Positions 35,878 through 45,312 of a stretch of 64,000 nt of DNA are shown here, one piece after another. The position numbers and the translations under genes were made by a program. The notes under the pieces were generated by a model. That model saw only the letters and a program-made list of their open reading frames with translations, was not told the DNA's origin and did not search any database. How positions within the stretch are numbered: the stretch's first letter is position 1; every line of letters begins with the position of its first letter. Source of the stretch: an uncultured Candidatus Poseidoniales archaeon (GTDB lineage Archaea; Thermoplasmatota; Poseidoniia; Poseidoniales; Thalassarchaeaceae); NCBI GenBank assembly GCA_963934015.1, contig CAWVWT010000002.1, positions 11,657 to 75,656 on the forward strand, read 5' to 3'.

Positions 35878-36792
35878 TCATCGCCTCCATTCATCAAGGC
35901 AAACCGGGCATCGATTACGTCCGGAGTCCGTCCGGACGACATCCTCACCGCCACATGATCGGCAGGTCAAACCCTCCAAAATACGGCCATAGCCATGCGT
36001 GCGTGTTTTCTCAACTTCCTGTACGGTTCCGATAGTCTCTGCAGCACCACGATGGCGCCGTTGGCTGCGTTGTGTTCTTCGGTTGCTTTGTTTCTTCGTT
36101 TTCTTTTCTTTGAGAAGAACGAGTAGAGGCTCTTCCAATTTTTCTCCAGATACAACCAGGGGGTGGCTACGGTAGCGAAATAATTTGATGTGGCGATCGA
36201 GAATTCTCCCGAGAGGGGCACTTAGGGTAATGTAGGCAAGAATCCAGGCGGGGAAGAGAAGAATTCTGCCATTGAAACCCCACTGTGGATTCCATGGTAA
36301 ACTAACGTAATCAACTCGAAACCCTTCAACCATCACATACATCCAACTGAAAATGCCAATCACGAAAATCATCGTGAACATCATAGGTTTCATCATCCCC
36401 ATTTGCAATTTTGTAGTTTCAGGCATCAGATGCATTTGCATCTTCTGAATCTTCTCCAACCGCACATGATCTCTAGAGAGGCGTGCTTCATTCATCAACT
36501 TCCGTAACTGCTTGTTGCGATGATTGAGATGTGCTTGCATCATGGGGTCCATGAACAGAGACCTGAACACGGTGTTAACAAACATGATTGAGGAACCGAC
36601 GATAAGCACAGTTGGAACGAAATAGAGGTCATGGAACGGCAGGGTTGGTTCAAGTACACTTCCTGCGAGGTTTGCCATTGATAGGCGCAGGCTCTCACTC
36701 ATGAGGAAGAATGACATGCCGATTAGTAGGATGATTGGCATGAACAATTGGCCGAGCGGCATCTCGGGTTGATCGGGAATCTCTTCTGCCAC
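35878..36792 (-). CDS. DUF106 / EMC3-TMCO1 (Oxa1-superfamily) membrane protein with C-terminal zinc ribbon
   Basis: TM, coiled coil, MMKPMMFT, WILAY; upstream of cmk as is usual in archaea; CRSC..CPVC tail. Confidence 0.82.
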   Translation of the reverse strand: MAEEIPDQPEMPLGQLFMPIILLIGMSFFLMSESLRLSMANLAGSVLEPTLPFHDLYFVPTVLIVGSSIMFVNTVFRSLFMDPMMQAHLNHRNKQLRKLMNEARLSRDHVRLEKIQKMQMHLMPETTKLQMGMMKPMMFTMIFVIGIFSWMYVMVEGFRVDYVSLPWNPQWGFNGRILLFPAWILAYITLSAPLGRILDRHIKLFRYRSHPLVVSGEKLEEPLLVLLKEKKTKKQSNRRTQRSQRRHRGAAETIGTVQEVEKTRTHGYGRILEGLTCRSCGGEDVVRTDSGRNRCPVCLDEWRR

Positions 36793-36894
36793 GCTACAGT
36801 GCCGTTGAGGGCGTGCCATCAACCCTTCGGGTTGAAACCGTGTGATAATACGAGATAGGGGAAGACTTCAATTTGTGAACGTGTATACGCCCAC

Positions 36895-37659
36895 GTGGAC
36901 TCTCCAGAGCAGGCCTTGCGTGATGCGCACGCCGCGGAGGTTGAGGGTGACCTATTTCTTGCTGAATCAATCCTTCGTGCAGCTAGCAAGAGGTGGCGCA
37001 GGGAACCTGAATTCAAAATGCGGCACGGCAAGGTGTTGCGCAGCATTGGGAGTGAGCGAAAAGCGTTGAAAGTTTACCGGGCGGTAATCAAGGCCCACCC
37101 GCATCGCGCTGATGCTGCAATCGCTGCTGCTGAGACGGCTACATCACTCAACAAAAATCGGTTGGCTGAATCACTCTGGGCGCGTGCCTTGTCCGTTGGT
37201 GCTCCGACAGATGTTGCAACCGTCGGCCTGTGTAGGGTAATTTGGATCAGGGGGCGCAAGGAGGAGTCTTGGGAACGCGCTCGGAGCTCTTTCGTACACG
37301 GGGGTAATTCTAGCAGATTGTTGCATGATTTCCTCAGAGAGTGTTCCCCCGTAATTGGTACACCTGTACCCGAAATCGATGTACTGGAAGCAGGTGATTT
37401 GAAAGACGAATTCTCACCCATTGAATCACGGCGTGAATTGACGATGGAACCAGCTACGTTTGCGACAGATTCCGTTGAAGCCATGGCTGGGATATCTGCG
37501 GCAGATTTGGTGGTGTCCTCGAATGAGGGAATCAAAGAACTGCTGGATGGGAATCCTGAGAAACATCAAATTGATATGAGTAAAATGGACAAGGATTCCA
37601 CTGGCAAGGAATCCCGACCCGATGTCGAGATCCCTGATGATTTATTCGATTTTGATTGA
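36895..37659 (+). CDS. TPR-repeat protein with acidic tail
   Basis: Ala-rich helical repeats (ALKVYRAVIKAHP, AESLWARALSVG). Confidence 0.7.
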   Translation: MDSPEQALRDAHAAEVEGDLFLAESILRAASKRWRREPEFKMRHGKVLRSIGSERKALKVYRAVIKAHPHRADAAIAAAETATSLNKNRLAESLWARALSVGAPTDVATVGLCRVIWIRGRKEESWERARSSFVHGGNSSRLLHDFLRECSPVIGTPVPEIDVLEAGDLKDEFSPIESRRELTMEPATFATDSVEAMAGISAADLVVSSNEGIKELLDGNPEKHQIDMSKMDKDSTGKESRPDVEIPDDLFDFD

Positions 37660-40485
37660 TTAGAATGTAAACGCGCATACTGGGCATTGCGTCATTCCTG
37701 CAGCAACTTCGGCATTGCAAATCGTGCAGGATCTGACCTCAGATGAATCGCTTTCTGTTGGAGCAGTTGCTCCGGTGAGTTTTGCCAATGCAGCATCCAT
37801 TTCGTCATCCGTATCTGCACCACCTCCCACATCAGCCTCCTCGACATCTTCGACTTCTTCAACAGCCACCTCGACATCTTCGACTTCTTCAACAGTCTCC
37901 TCCTCGACATCTTCGAGTTCTTCAACAGTCTCCTCCTCGACATCTTCGAGTTCTTCAACAGTCTCCTCTTCGACATCTTCAACAACTTCAGGTTTGGCTA
38001 TTGGGATTGCTTCAGGTGGTGCCTCATCTTCAATTTCAGCACCGACATCAATGCCGTGAATTTCTTGTGCATCACTAACCTTGAACCCTGTTTCTGCATC
38101 TCCCTTGAATTCGTAAGTGACTTCGATTCGCTCTCCACGAGATACAGTTCCAATATTCCACGACATTTTCTTCCCATCAGTTGTGGCTTCTTCGACCATG
38201 TCACACTTGACAATGCCACCACCTGACGATGTAACCTTCCACTCGAGCAATTCAAATGCTCCGGGCATGATATCATGGATGACGACATCCTCAAGCGCAG
38301 AGTCGGCACGATTGTTGAACATGATCATCGCTTCGTAACGGCCAGCACCGCCAGCAGGGAAAACTTCCTTTCCTGAGTCATAATTCACCTTTCGATGAGT
38401 CACTCTAACGGCTGGTACAACATTGAGACCACGGGTGGCAACAGGTCCAAAGCGTTCTGAACTGAAATCAATTCGTGCTGGTGCTGCAACAACATCGTTT
38501 GCAGGGCTTGGGTCAGGGGCAGACAATGGGTATGTGATACACATCTTGTGACCTGGTGCCAACCCAATAGGGCCTTTCGTTCCAATGGTGATTAACATCG
38601 TGTGTCCAGGTCCATCTGGGGATGTACGATTCTCTTCGAGTGAAATACCATCTTTGAGTTCGATTCTGAACTGATCTTTAATCAGTTCGTTACCATCAAT
38701 ACTGGCCTTGACACTATCCGCATCTGGAGCAGTGAAAATACCTGGGATGTCATCGGTAATTCGAAGTAAATTGATTGTGGCGGAGCCTGTGTTTTCAATA
38801 TCCATAGTCGCCATCAATTCTGTCTGTCGATAGTGGCGCAATACATCGATGGAGTATGACTTCTCTATGGCGGCTTCGAGCACCTCAATAGTGAGTGGTT
38901 GCAATGTAACAGTTCCTTCGGTTGATTGACTCACTCTTGGTAGGACTGTATAGAGCAATTCTTGGCTGAATGTTGGCTTTTCTGTTGAGTGTACGACCTT
39001 GACATCACTTTCCCAACGACCATCGGGGAGAACATCGTCTTCAACATCATCAATTTCAAACAAATGCGCATCAACATCCGTTTGGCTGACTGTTAATTTG
39101 GTCAAATCAACTGTAAACGAAGAACGGTTTTCAAAGACAGCCTGACAACGGTAGTTGTCTGGGCGTTCATCTTCATCGACGACCATGTAAGAGAATCCGC
39201 GACAATGAGCATCGACTTCATTGAAATTTATCCCTGAAAGTGTTGCATCAGCAGTGTATGTCGCAGTTGCATGACCTGCATCGATGGCACCCACAGCTTC
39301 TGCTGTTACTGCTGTAGGAATCGACAGTGTACAACTTTCCCCAGCGGCAAGTCGTCCAACTGACCATGTCACAGTATCGCCCTGCTTATCGTAGCCATCG
39401 CCTTCGCTGACTTGAATTTCAATCGGGAATGTGCGTGTGACCACAATTCCATCCAGTTGAACAGGGCCCATGTTCTCGACTTCTAGTTCTAGCTCGATAT
39501 CCTGTGCATCTCCGCTTCGTTCAACAGAAAGACTTCGCTCTTGGTTGCGTGATGGATTGGTGTCAATTCGCTCACGAACGCAGAGCATACGCGGCCCTTC
39601 GACACTGTAGTTAACACTCTGGTCAGCTTCAGCTTCTAATTCAGAGAAGGGTAAATCAGAACCTATATCGGAGAAATCGGTGTTGCTTAGAACAACATCG
39701 ATATCCCACAGGCGATCTTTGTTACTGGGGTTCTTCAGTGTGAGAATTCCTTTCACTGCCTGCTTGACCATTTCACCGCTCGGTGTTAGAATCACATCTT
39801 CTGTTTCTGCAAGTGTTCCAACCAATTTGTGGCCAGGAATACCATCGACATCGGAAGTGCTCCGAATCTTACCACCCGCAAGGGCAGGGTCGGTTTCAGA
39901 AATCCCTTCCGAGGAATCATCGCCATCTGACTCATCTTCAGTAGCAGGGGCCAATAGATCGAGTCCAGGTGGTGCTGAAGGCACATCCTCTTCGACCTCA
40001 ACATCCACAGGTGGTTCGGGTGGAGCGAGTAAGTCAAGACCTGGGGGCATTGGGGGTTCAGATGGAGCCAGCAAGTCGAGACCCGGAGGCATTGGGGGTT
40101 CAGATGGAGCCAGCAAGTCGAGACCCGGAGGCATTGGGGGTTCGGATACTTCTGGTGACGCTTCCGAAATTTCTTCATCCATGTCACTCAATAGGTCCAT
40201 TGGGTCACCGAGATCATCCATCTCTAGTTCTTCTGGTGGCGCCGGTGGTGCTTCCGGTGGTGCAGGTGGTGCTTCCGGTGGTGCAGGTGGCGCTTCCGGT
40301 GGTGCAGGTGGTGCTTCCGGTGGTGCAGGTGGTACCAAACCCGGTGGAGCCGGTGGTTCTAGTCCAGGCGGTGCTTCCGGTGGTACCAAACCCGGTGGGG
40401 CTGGCGGTACCAAACCCGGTGGAGCCGGTGGTTCTAGTCCAGGTGGGGCTGGTGGTATGTTTGCATCATCGTGTTCGTCACTCAT
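37660..40485 (-). CDS. Large cytoplasmic protein: Pro-rich N-terminus, beta-sandwich core, acidic repeats, C-terminal zinc ribbon
   Basis: 941-aa ORF with no signal peptide or TM; CTIC..CPVC end. Confidence 0.85.
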   Translation of the reverse strand: MSDEHDDANIPPAPPGLEPPAPPGLVPPAPPGLVPPEAPPGLEPPAPPGLVPPAPPEAPPAPPEAPPAPPEAPPAPPEAPPAPPEELEMDDLGDPMDLLSDMDEEISEASPEVSEPPMPPGLDLLAPSEPPMPPGLDLLAPSEPPMPPGLDLLAPPEPPVDVEVEEDVPSAPPGLDLLAPATEDESDGDDSSEGISETDPALAGGKIRSTSDVDGIPGHKLVGTLAETEDVILTPSGEMVKQAVKGILTLKNPSNKDRLWDIDVVLSNTDFSDIGSDLPFSELEAEADQSVNYSVEGPRMLCVRERIDTNPSRNQERSLSVERSGDAQDIELELEVENMGPVQLDGIVVTRTFPIEIQVSEGDGYDKQGDTVTWSVGRLAAGESCTLSIPTAVTAEAVGAIDAGHATATYTADATLSGINFNEVDAHCRGFSYMVVDEDERPDNYRCQAVFENRSSFTVDLTKLTVSQTDVDAHLFEIDDVEDDVLPDGRWESDVKVVHSTEKPTFSQELLYTVLPRVSQSTEGTVTLQPLTIEVLEAAIEKSYSIDVLRHYRQTELMATMDIENTGSATINLLRITDDIPGIFTAPDADSVKASIDGNELIKDQFRIELKDGISLEENRTSPDGPGHTMLITIGTKGPIGLAPGHKMCITYPLSAPDPSPANDVVAAPARIDFSSERFGPVATRGLNVVPAVRVTHRKVNYDSGKEVFPAGGAGRYEAMIMFNNRADSALEDVVIHDIMPGAFELLEWKVTSSGGGIVKCDMVEEATTDGKKMSWNIGTVSRGERIEVTYEFKGDAETGFKVSDAQEIHGIDVGAEIEDEAPPEAIPIAKPEVVEDVEEETVEELEDVEEETVEELEDVEEETVEEVEDVEVAVEEVEDVEEADVGGGADTDDEMDAALAKLTGATAPTESDSSEVRSCTICNAEVAAGMTQCPVCAFTF
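37836..37987 (-). repeat. Intragenic 33-nt tandem repeat encoding EDVEEETVEE(L/V)
   Basis: ctcctcgacatcttcgagttcttcaacagt units repeated. Confidence 0.9.
40018..40145 (-). repeat. Intragenic 42-nt tandem repeat x3 encoding EPPMPPGLDLLAP(S/P)
   Basis: ggcattgggggttcagatggagccagcaagtcgagacccgga repeated. Confidence 0.9.
40234..40456 (-). repeat. Intragenic 21/24-nt tandem repeats encoding PPEAPPA and PPAPPGL(E/V)
   Basis: gcttccggtggtgcaggtggt and accaaacccggtgg units. Confidence 0.9.
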
Positions 40486-40627
40486 TCCAATTCCTCAGTC
40501 CCACGCGTGGGTTAGCGCTGTGACGATGTTGGATGTCGTATAACCATTGTTGAGCAGCATATTGCCCGGTCCATAGGACCGTGGCAGTGTCGGAGGGTTG
40601 ATGAACCACTGTTGATGGCCCACCACT

Positions 40628-41446
40628 GTGAGTGTAAGCGATAGTAGCACACCCCCAGTTCTATTCGTTGTCGGTACTGCCGGCGCAGGCAAGAGCACGC
40701 TCGTAACTGCATTCCAACGCTGGACACGTTTTCTTGAGGTGGAATGTCTTACGATTAATCTAGATCCTGGGGCGGAGCGAGTCCACTATGACCCTGAATT
40801 CGATGTCCGTGATTTGATATCTCTACACGAAGTTATGGAAGAGTATGATCTTGGGCCCAATGGTGCCCAAATCTTGGCGGCTGATCTCGTTGCAGCCCAG
40901 TCGTATGATATCCAAGACGAGCTAGCGGGCCTTTCCGGGGACTTACTGGTGATTGATACACCCGGGCAAGTTGAATTGTTCGCTTTTAGAGAAGCCAGTT
41001 CACACATGGTCGAGGTGCTAGGGCAGGGGCAGGCTGCTCTGATATTCCTATTTGATCCAATGCTATCCCAATCTGCATCAGGATTTGTTTCTCAAATGCT
41101 TCTTTCAAATATTGTGCATTTTAGATTGGGTTTACCAACAGCAAATTTCCTTTCTAAGGCCGATTTGTTATCGCCGGAAGATTTGGACCGCGTTCTTGGA
41201 TGGGGTGAAGATTTGGATCAACTTGAAGCCGCCCTTTTCGAAGAAGCAGGGGGTCAAAGAACAGAATTTGCAATTGGTCAACTTAGGATGATGCAAAATG
41301 CACAAATTCAACCAGGTCTTATTCCGTTGTCAAGCGAGCAAGAGGAAGGTCTTGCCGATATCCTGTCATTCGCGCAAAACATTTTCGGCGGCATGGCTGA
41401 TACTCGTGATGGGTTCGCCGGTGACATTGAAGATGAGCGTAATTGA
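40628..41446 (+). CDS. GPN-loop GTPase
   Basis: GTAGAGKST, NLDPG, LGPNGA, DTPGQVELF, SKAD. Confidence 0.95.
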   Translation: MSVSDSSTPPVLFVVGTAGAGKSTLVTAFQRWTRFLEVECLTINLDPGAERVHYDPEFDVRDLISLHEVMEEYDLGPNGAQILAADLVAAQSYDIQDELAGLSGDLLVIDTPGQVELFAFREASSHMVEVLGQGQAALIFLFDPMLSQSASGFVSQMLLSNIVHFRLGLPTANFLSKADLLSPEDLDRVLGWGEDLDQLEAALFEEAGGQRTEFAIGQLRMMQNAQIQPGLIPLSSEQEEGLADILSFAQNIFGGMADTRDGFAGDIEDERN

Positions 41447-41454
41447 GGGATTTG

Positions 41455-42408
41455 ATGGATGATGTTCAACACCTCCTATCCATCGATGATTTAGGTGATG
41501 ATTTCCGCAGCATTCTGGAATGGGCCATCCGATTCAAACAAGATCCTGAACCAGATTACGATTTCAAACCACTCGATGAACTTAGTATTGGCTGCATCTA
41601 TGAAAAACCCAGCACGAGAACGCGTGTTTCTTTTGAAGTTGGAATTCATAAATTGGGTGGACAACCACTGACATTACTCAAGGGCGACATTCAAATGGGG
41701 AAATCGGAATCAATTGCAGATACAGGTACAGTACTTTCGCGGTTTCTGGATGGAATTACTTACCGATGTTTTGGCCATGACATGGTCAGTACACTTTCTA
41801 AGAATTCTTCAATTCCTGTAATCAATGCACTTTCAGACAAGCACCACCCCTGCCAAGCAGCAGCAGATTTGATGACCATCATGGAACGAAACCCAACTCT
41901 AGAGGGTGAACGTGTTGCGTGGGTCGGTGATGGTAACAATGTACTCCATGATTTGATGCTAGGCTGTGCAATGCTAGGTGTCGATTGCACTTGGGCTGTG
42001 CCTGTCGGTTACGAACCCTCGGAAGATGTTGTCGAACGTGCGAATAAGATATCTCTAGAAACAGGGGCGCGAATGGTTCAAACGAATAATCCTGTAGATG
42101 CCTGTAAGAATGCAACCATCATTTACACTGACGTTTTCATCAGCATGGGTGAGGAACATCTTTCTGACAAAGTGGATGCATTTGAAGGGTTTCAAGTCAA
42201 CGAAAATTTAGTCTCAAATGCAACTGCAGAATATGGATTCATGCACTGTTTGCCAGCCCACCGGGGTGATGAGGTAACCGATGGGGTCATGGACAGCGCA
42301 AACAGTATCGTATTCGATCAGGCTGAAAATCGAATGTGGGCGCAGATGGCGATTCTCACTTACTTTTGCAATCCAGCTGCGTTCCAAGCCTACAATGAAT
42401 TGTATTAG
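41455..42408 (+). CDS. argF: Ornithine carbamoyltransferase
   Basis: STRTRVSF, HPCQ, GDGNNV, SMG, HCLP, QAENR. Confidence 0.93.
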   Translation: MDDVQHLLSIDDLGDDFRSILEWAIRFKQDPEPDYDFKPLDELSIGCIYEKPSTRTRVSFEVGIHKLGGQPLTLLKGDIQMGKSESIADTGTVLSRFLDGITYRCFGHDMVSTLSKNSSIPVINALSDKHHPCQAAADLMTIMERNPTLEGERVAWVGDGNNVLHDLMLGCAMLGVDCTWAVPVGYEPSEDVVERANKISLETGARMVQTNNPVDACKNATIIYTDVFISMGEEHLSDKVDAFEGFQVNENLVSNATAEYGFMHCLPAHRGDEVTDGVMDSANSIVFDQAENRMWAQMAILTYFCNPAAFQAYNELY

Positions 42409-43295
42409 GCTGAAATTAGAACAGTAGCCAAAAATCCAGCAAGGCCCAAAAGCATGGCCAATCTCAGACTCTTCTGTGCCACATGGTCTTCCCCTCTATA
42501 GAGGCGGGGTTTAACCGAAACTAGCACAATCATTGCTGGTGTTTGTAAGACAAGTAGCCCCAATGGCAACAATCCCCTTGCATAAGGTGCCACCAGTGGA
42601 ATAAGTGATGCAAGTACCAACAATTGAGCAATAGATCGCGCTCGCTCAGCCCCAATCTGTTTGGGTAAAGTATCACGATCGGCATCTCCACTTTCATCTT
42701 CAATATCCTTGACAATTTCTCGGGCGGCATTGACAAGCATTGCAACCAAAGCAACAATCCAAACCAATGGTGTCAATATGCCATTTACAGCAGCAGCCCC
42801 AAACACAATAACAATTCCAACGAGTAATGAGATTGCAAGGTTTCCAGAAAGTCCCTTGTGCTTTAACATGAAAGATGCAGGTACTACCATCTCATAGTGA
42901 AACATCAATAGAAATGCAATAAACCATATCCCTATACTTGGCAACCACGATACCAAGTGTTCTGAATAGAGGGCTGCAACAGTCATTGCAGCAAGTAATG
43001 CAATGATTGACAACAGGAATGCCGCACGGCCCACAGCCTTGGCCTGAATTAGTGTCAAAGAGCCGTTGGGAATCGGCCTTCCGGGGTGATTGAGGATATC
43101 CGACTCATGGTCTTGGACATCATTAAACGCATTCCATGCTGCCATGAATGTGGCTACACAAATGGCATGGAGCAATACGAGAATCAATTCAACCTGAGTG
43201 AATGTAGTTGTGACCATGAGGGCGCCAACCGCTACAGTTGATGCGCCTACGATGACATTTCCACCACGGATCAGGTGCCATACAGGGTGACCCAT
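42405..43295 (-). CDS. Digeranylgeranylglyceryl phosphate synthase (UbiA prenyltransferase)
   Basis: NDVQDHESDILNHPGRPIPNG, REIVKDIEDESGD. Confidence 0.85.
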   Translation of the reverse strand: MGHPVWHLIRGGNVIVGASTVAVGALMVTTTFTQVELILVLLHAICVATFMAAWNAFNDVQDHESDILNHPGRPIPNGSLTLIQAKAVGRAAFLLSIIALLAAMTVAALYSEHLVSWLPSIGIWFIAFLLMFHYEMVVPASFMLKHKGLSGNLAISLLVGIVIVFGAAAVNGILTPLVWIVALVAMLVNAAREIVKDIEDESGDADRDTLPKQIGAERARSIAQLLVLASLIPLVAPYARGLLPLGLLVLQTPAMIVLVSVKPRLYRGEDHVAQKSLRLAMLLGLAGFLATVLISA

Positions 43296-43327
43296 GCAAT
43301 TGGCGCCGTGCAGGCATCACTTGATGC

Positions 43328-43600
43328 CTACGCTGTGACCTTCGACGGACCCCGATCACTGTGATTCCGGCCCGAAAGAGCCCACACGCAGACACTGTAT
43401 CGTGCCCCGCGGAAGAAATCGCGGATGCTACCGACTTTCTCGAAGCGGATATCCTTAGCCAATATATTTCCAACCTGGTTCATCGTCGCCCCCCAACTGA
43501 ATCGTTCATTCAGGTGATCGAATACCTCTACTGTGTTTGCACGTCCACGTTCACCTAGAAACAGATGAACTTCTTCTCGAAGTCGTTTGGTGCGACTCAA
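43328..43600 (-). CDS. DUF3860-like small winged-helix protein
   Basis: TVEVFDHLNERFSWGATMNQVGNILAKD...VCVWAL; TTG start with GGAGG upstream. Confidence 0.75.
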   Translation of the reverse strand: MSRTKRLREEVHLFLGERGRANTVEVFDHLNERFSWGATMNQVGNILAKDIRFEKVGSIRDFFRGARYSVCVWALSGRNHSDRGPSKVTA

Positions 43601-43791
43601 GCCATCGCCTCCTGACTTCGCTGGTGGATGTGGGTCCAGGGTCTCGGGCGGGTAAGTGGCTGCCAGCTTCCATTCTCATGATTGCCGCTGGCGTGAACCA
43701 GGGCCCCATCCTTCGGGCTACGGGGTCTACGTGACGCCACGAGTGTGGCGAACGAGACCGTCTCGGTTTGCTGCAATATTTTGGTTTGCAT
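43597..43791 (-). CDS. Putative 64-aa leader ORF coupled to the DUF3860-like gene
   Basis: ATG at 43791; its TGA overlaps the TTG start of the next gene (TTGA). Confidence 0.35.
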   Translation of the reverse strand: MQTKILQQTETVSFATLVASRRPRSPKDGALVHASGNHENGSWQPLTRPRPWTHIHQRSQEAMA

Positions 43792-43967
43792 GGAAGCGAC
43801 CAACGTGGGACTGCCTATGAAGAAAAGTAGGTGACTGGTAATGAATATGAAAGTGTAGATGCCACGCAGTCGACGGTTTTTCAGATTCATTAATTTGTGA
43901 AACTGAAAGTCTCAGAGTATGGTCGTGGCGTTCCGTTGATATACGGGCTATCAATCGCCCGCCATAC

Positions 43968-44040
43968 GCTCGTATGGTGTAGCGGCCCATCATGGTGGAC
44001 TCTCAATCCATCGACCCGGATTCGAATTCCGGTACGAGCA
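43968..44040 (+). tRNA. tRNA-Glu (CUC), CCA not encoded
   Basis: GCTCGTA/TACGAGC acceptor stem; GTGGA-CTCTCAA-TCCAT anticodon arm; CCGGATTCGAATTCCGG T arm. Confidence 0.95.
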
Positions 44041-44100
44041 TCTAAATTCTAATTTTCTTATCACGGGCAATTTGATGAGTGATGCACCGCTCGCGAGAGC

Positions 44101-45312
44101 ATGGACGACTGGCGCACATTCGACATTGCGAATCCAACTGAAGAGCATGCAATGATCCGGGAGATGGTTCGAGACTTTGTGCGCGAAGAGGTCGAACCAC
44201 AAGCACTTGAACACGATCGAGAGGAAAAATTCAACCTAGATTTGTTTAGAAAGCTTGGTGAATATGGTTTGTTGGGCATTACCATTTCTGACGAATACGG
44301 TGGTGCTGGAATGGATGCAACTGCAGCGGCGATTGTCAATGAAGAATTGTCATATTCCGACCCTGGATTTTGCCTTGCATATCTCGCGCATGCTCAACTG
44401 ACAGTCAATAACCTTGCAATCAATGGATCTGATGAGCAAAAGGCACGTTTTCTGCCAGGTCTTTGCTCAGGTGATTTGGTTGGCTGTATGGCAATGTCAG
44501 AACCTGATTATGGGACGGATGCCCTCGGAATGACAACATCTGCAACACTTCAAGAAGATGGGAATTGGTGTATTAATGGCCGAAAAATGTGGATTACCAA
44601 TGGGGTGATTGATGATGTGGGTACCCCTGCTGATATTGTCTGGTTATACGCGAGAACGGGCACAGATGCACGAGGCCGACCTGAGATTTCCACATTCATA
44701 GTTGAACGAGGTATGCCGGGCTACAAAAGTGGCCAGAAAATCATGGATAAACTCGGTATGCGCGCTTCAAACACAGCTGAACTGGTCTTCGAAGACTGTA
44801 TCGTCCCCAGTTCGAATTTGGTTGGGGAAACTGGTAATTCAATCCAACACATGATGAGGAATTTAGAAATCGAAAGAGTGGCATTGGCTGCGCAGGCGGT
44901 TGGAATCTCTCGTCGGTGCCTTGCCGCCATGTCGAGATATGCCGGTGAACGCGAGGCTTTTGGGAAACCTATCCGTGAATTTGGCCAGATGCAACGGCAC
45001 ATTGGTGAATCGTGGGCAGAATATCGGGCGATGCGTGCGTATGTGTACGAAACTTGTCGGGTGATGGATCTCGAAACTGGGGGGCAGAGGCTTGATTCTG
45101 ACGGAGTCAAATTATTTGCGACAACTGCGGCCAAGAATATCGCTGATCGGGCCATACAGGTAATGGGTGGCTACGGTTATGTTGGAGAATATGTTGTCGA
45201 GCGATTGTGGCGTGATTCAAAATTACTTGAAATCGGTGGAGGTACACTTGAGAGCCATCAGAAGAATATCACACGAGATTTGGCCAAGAACCCTGAACCA
45301 ATCGAGGAATAA
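44101..45312 (+). CDS. Acyl-CoA dehydrogenase (isovaleryl-CoA dehydrogenase-like)
   Basis: AMSEPDYGTD, KMWITNG, KLGMRASNT, GGYGY, EIGGGT. Confidence 0.92.
   Translation: MDDWRTFDIANPTEEHAMIREMVRDFVREEVEPQALEHDREEKFNLDLFRKLGEYGLLGITISDEYGGAGMDATAAAIVNEELSYSDPGFCLAYLAHAQLTVNNLAINGSDEQKARFLPGLCSGDLVGCMAMSEPDYGTDALGMTTSATLQEDGNWCINGRKMWITNGVIDDVGTPADIVWLYARTGTDARGRPEISTFIVERGMPGYKSGQKIMDKLGMRASNTAELVFEDCIVPSSNLVGETGNSIQHMMRNLEIERVALAAQAVGISRRCLAAMSRYAGEREAFGKPIREFGQMQRHIGESWAEYRAMRAYVYETCRVMDLETGGQRLDSDGVKLFATTAAKNIADRAIQVMGGYGYVGEYVVERLWRDSKLLEIGGGTLESHQKNITRDLAKNPEPIEE

Noticed and set aside
37836-40456. Tandem repeats as a possible CRISPR array
   Set aside because: Unit lengths are multiples of 3, there are no unique spacers, they lie inside an ORF, and there are no cas genes
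39680-40543. Gly-rich 287-aa and Val-rich 184-aa ORFs on the plus strand
   Set aside because: Antisense shadows of the Pro-rich repeats in the 941-aa gene
40628-42408. GPN GTPase-argF adjacency as a functional link
   Set aside because: Most simply explained by compact operon packing; no mechanistic connection is evident
43620-43760. Possible SRP (7S) RNA
   Set aside because: No recognisable helix-8 GGAA tetraloop with AGCA motif
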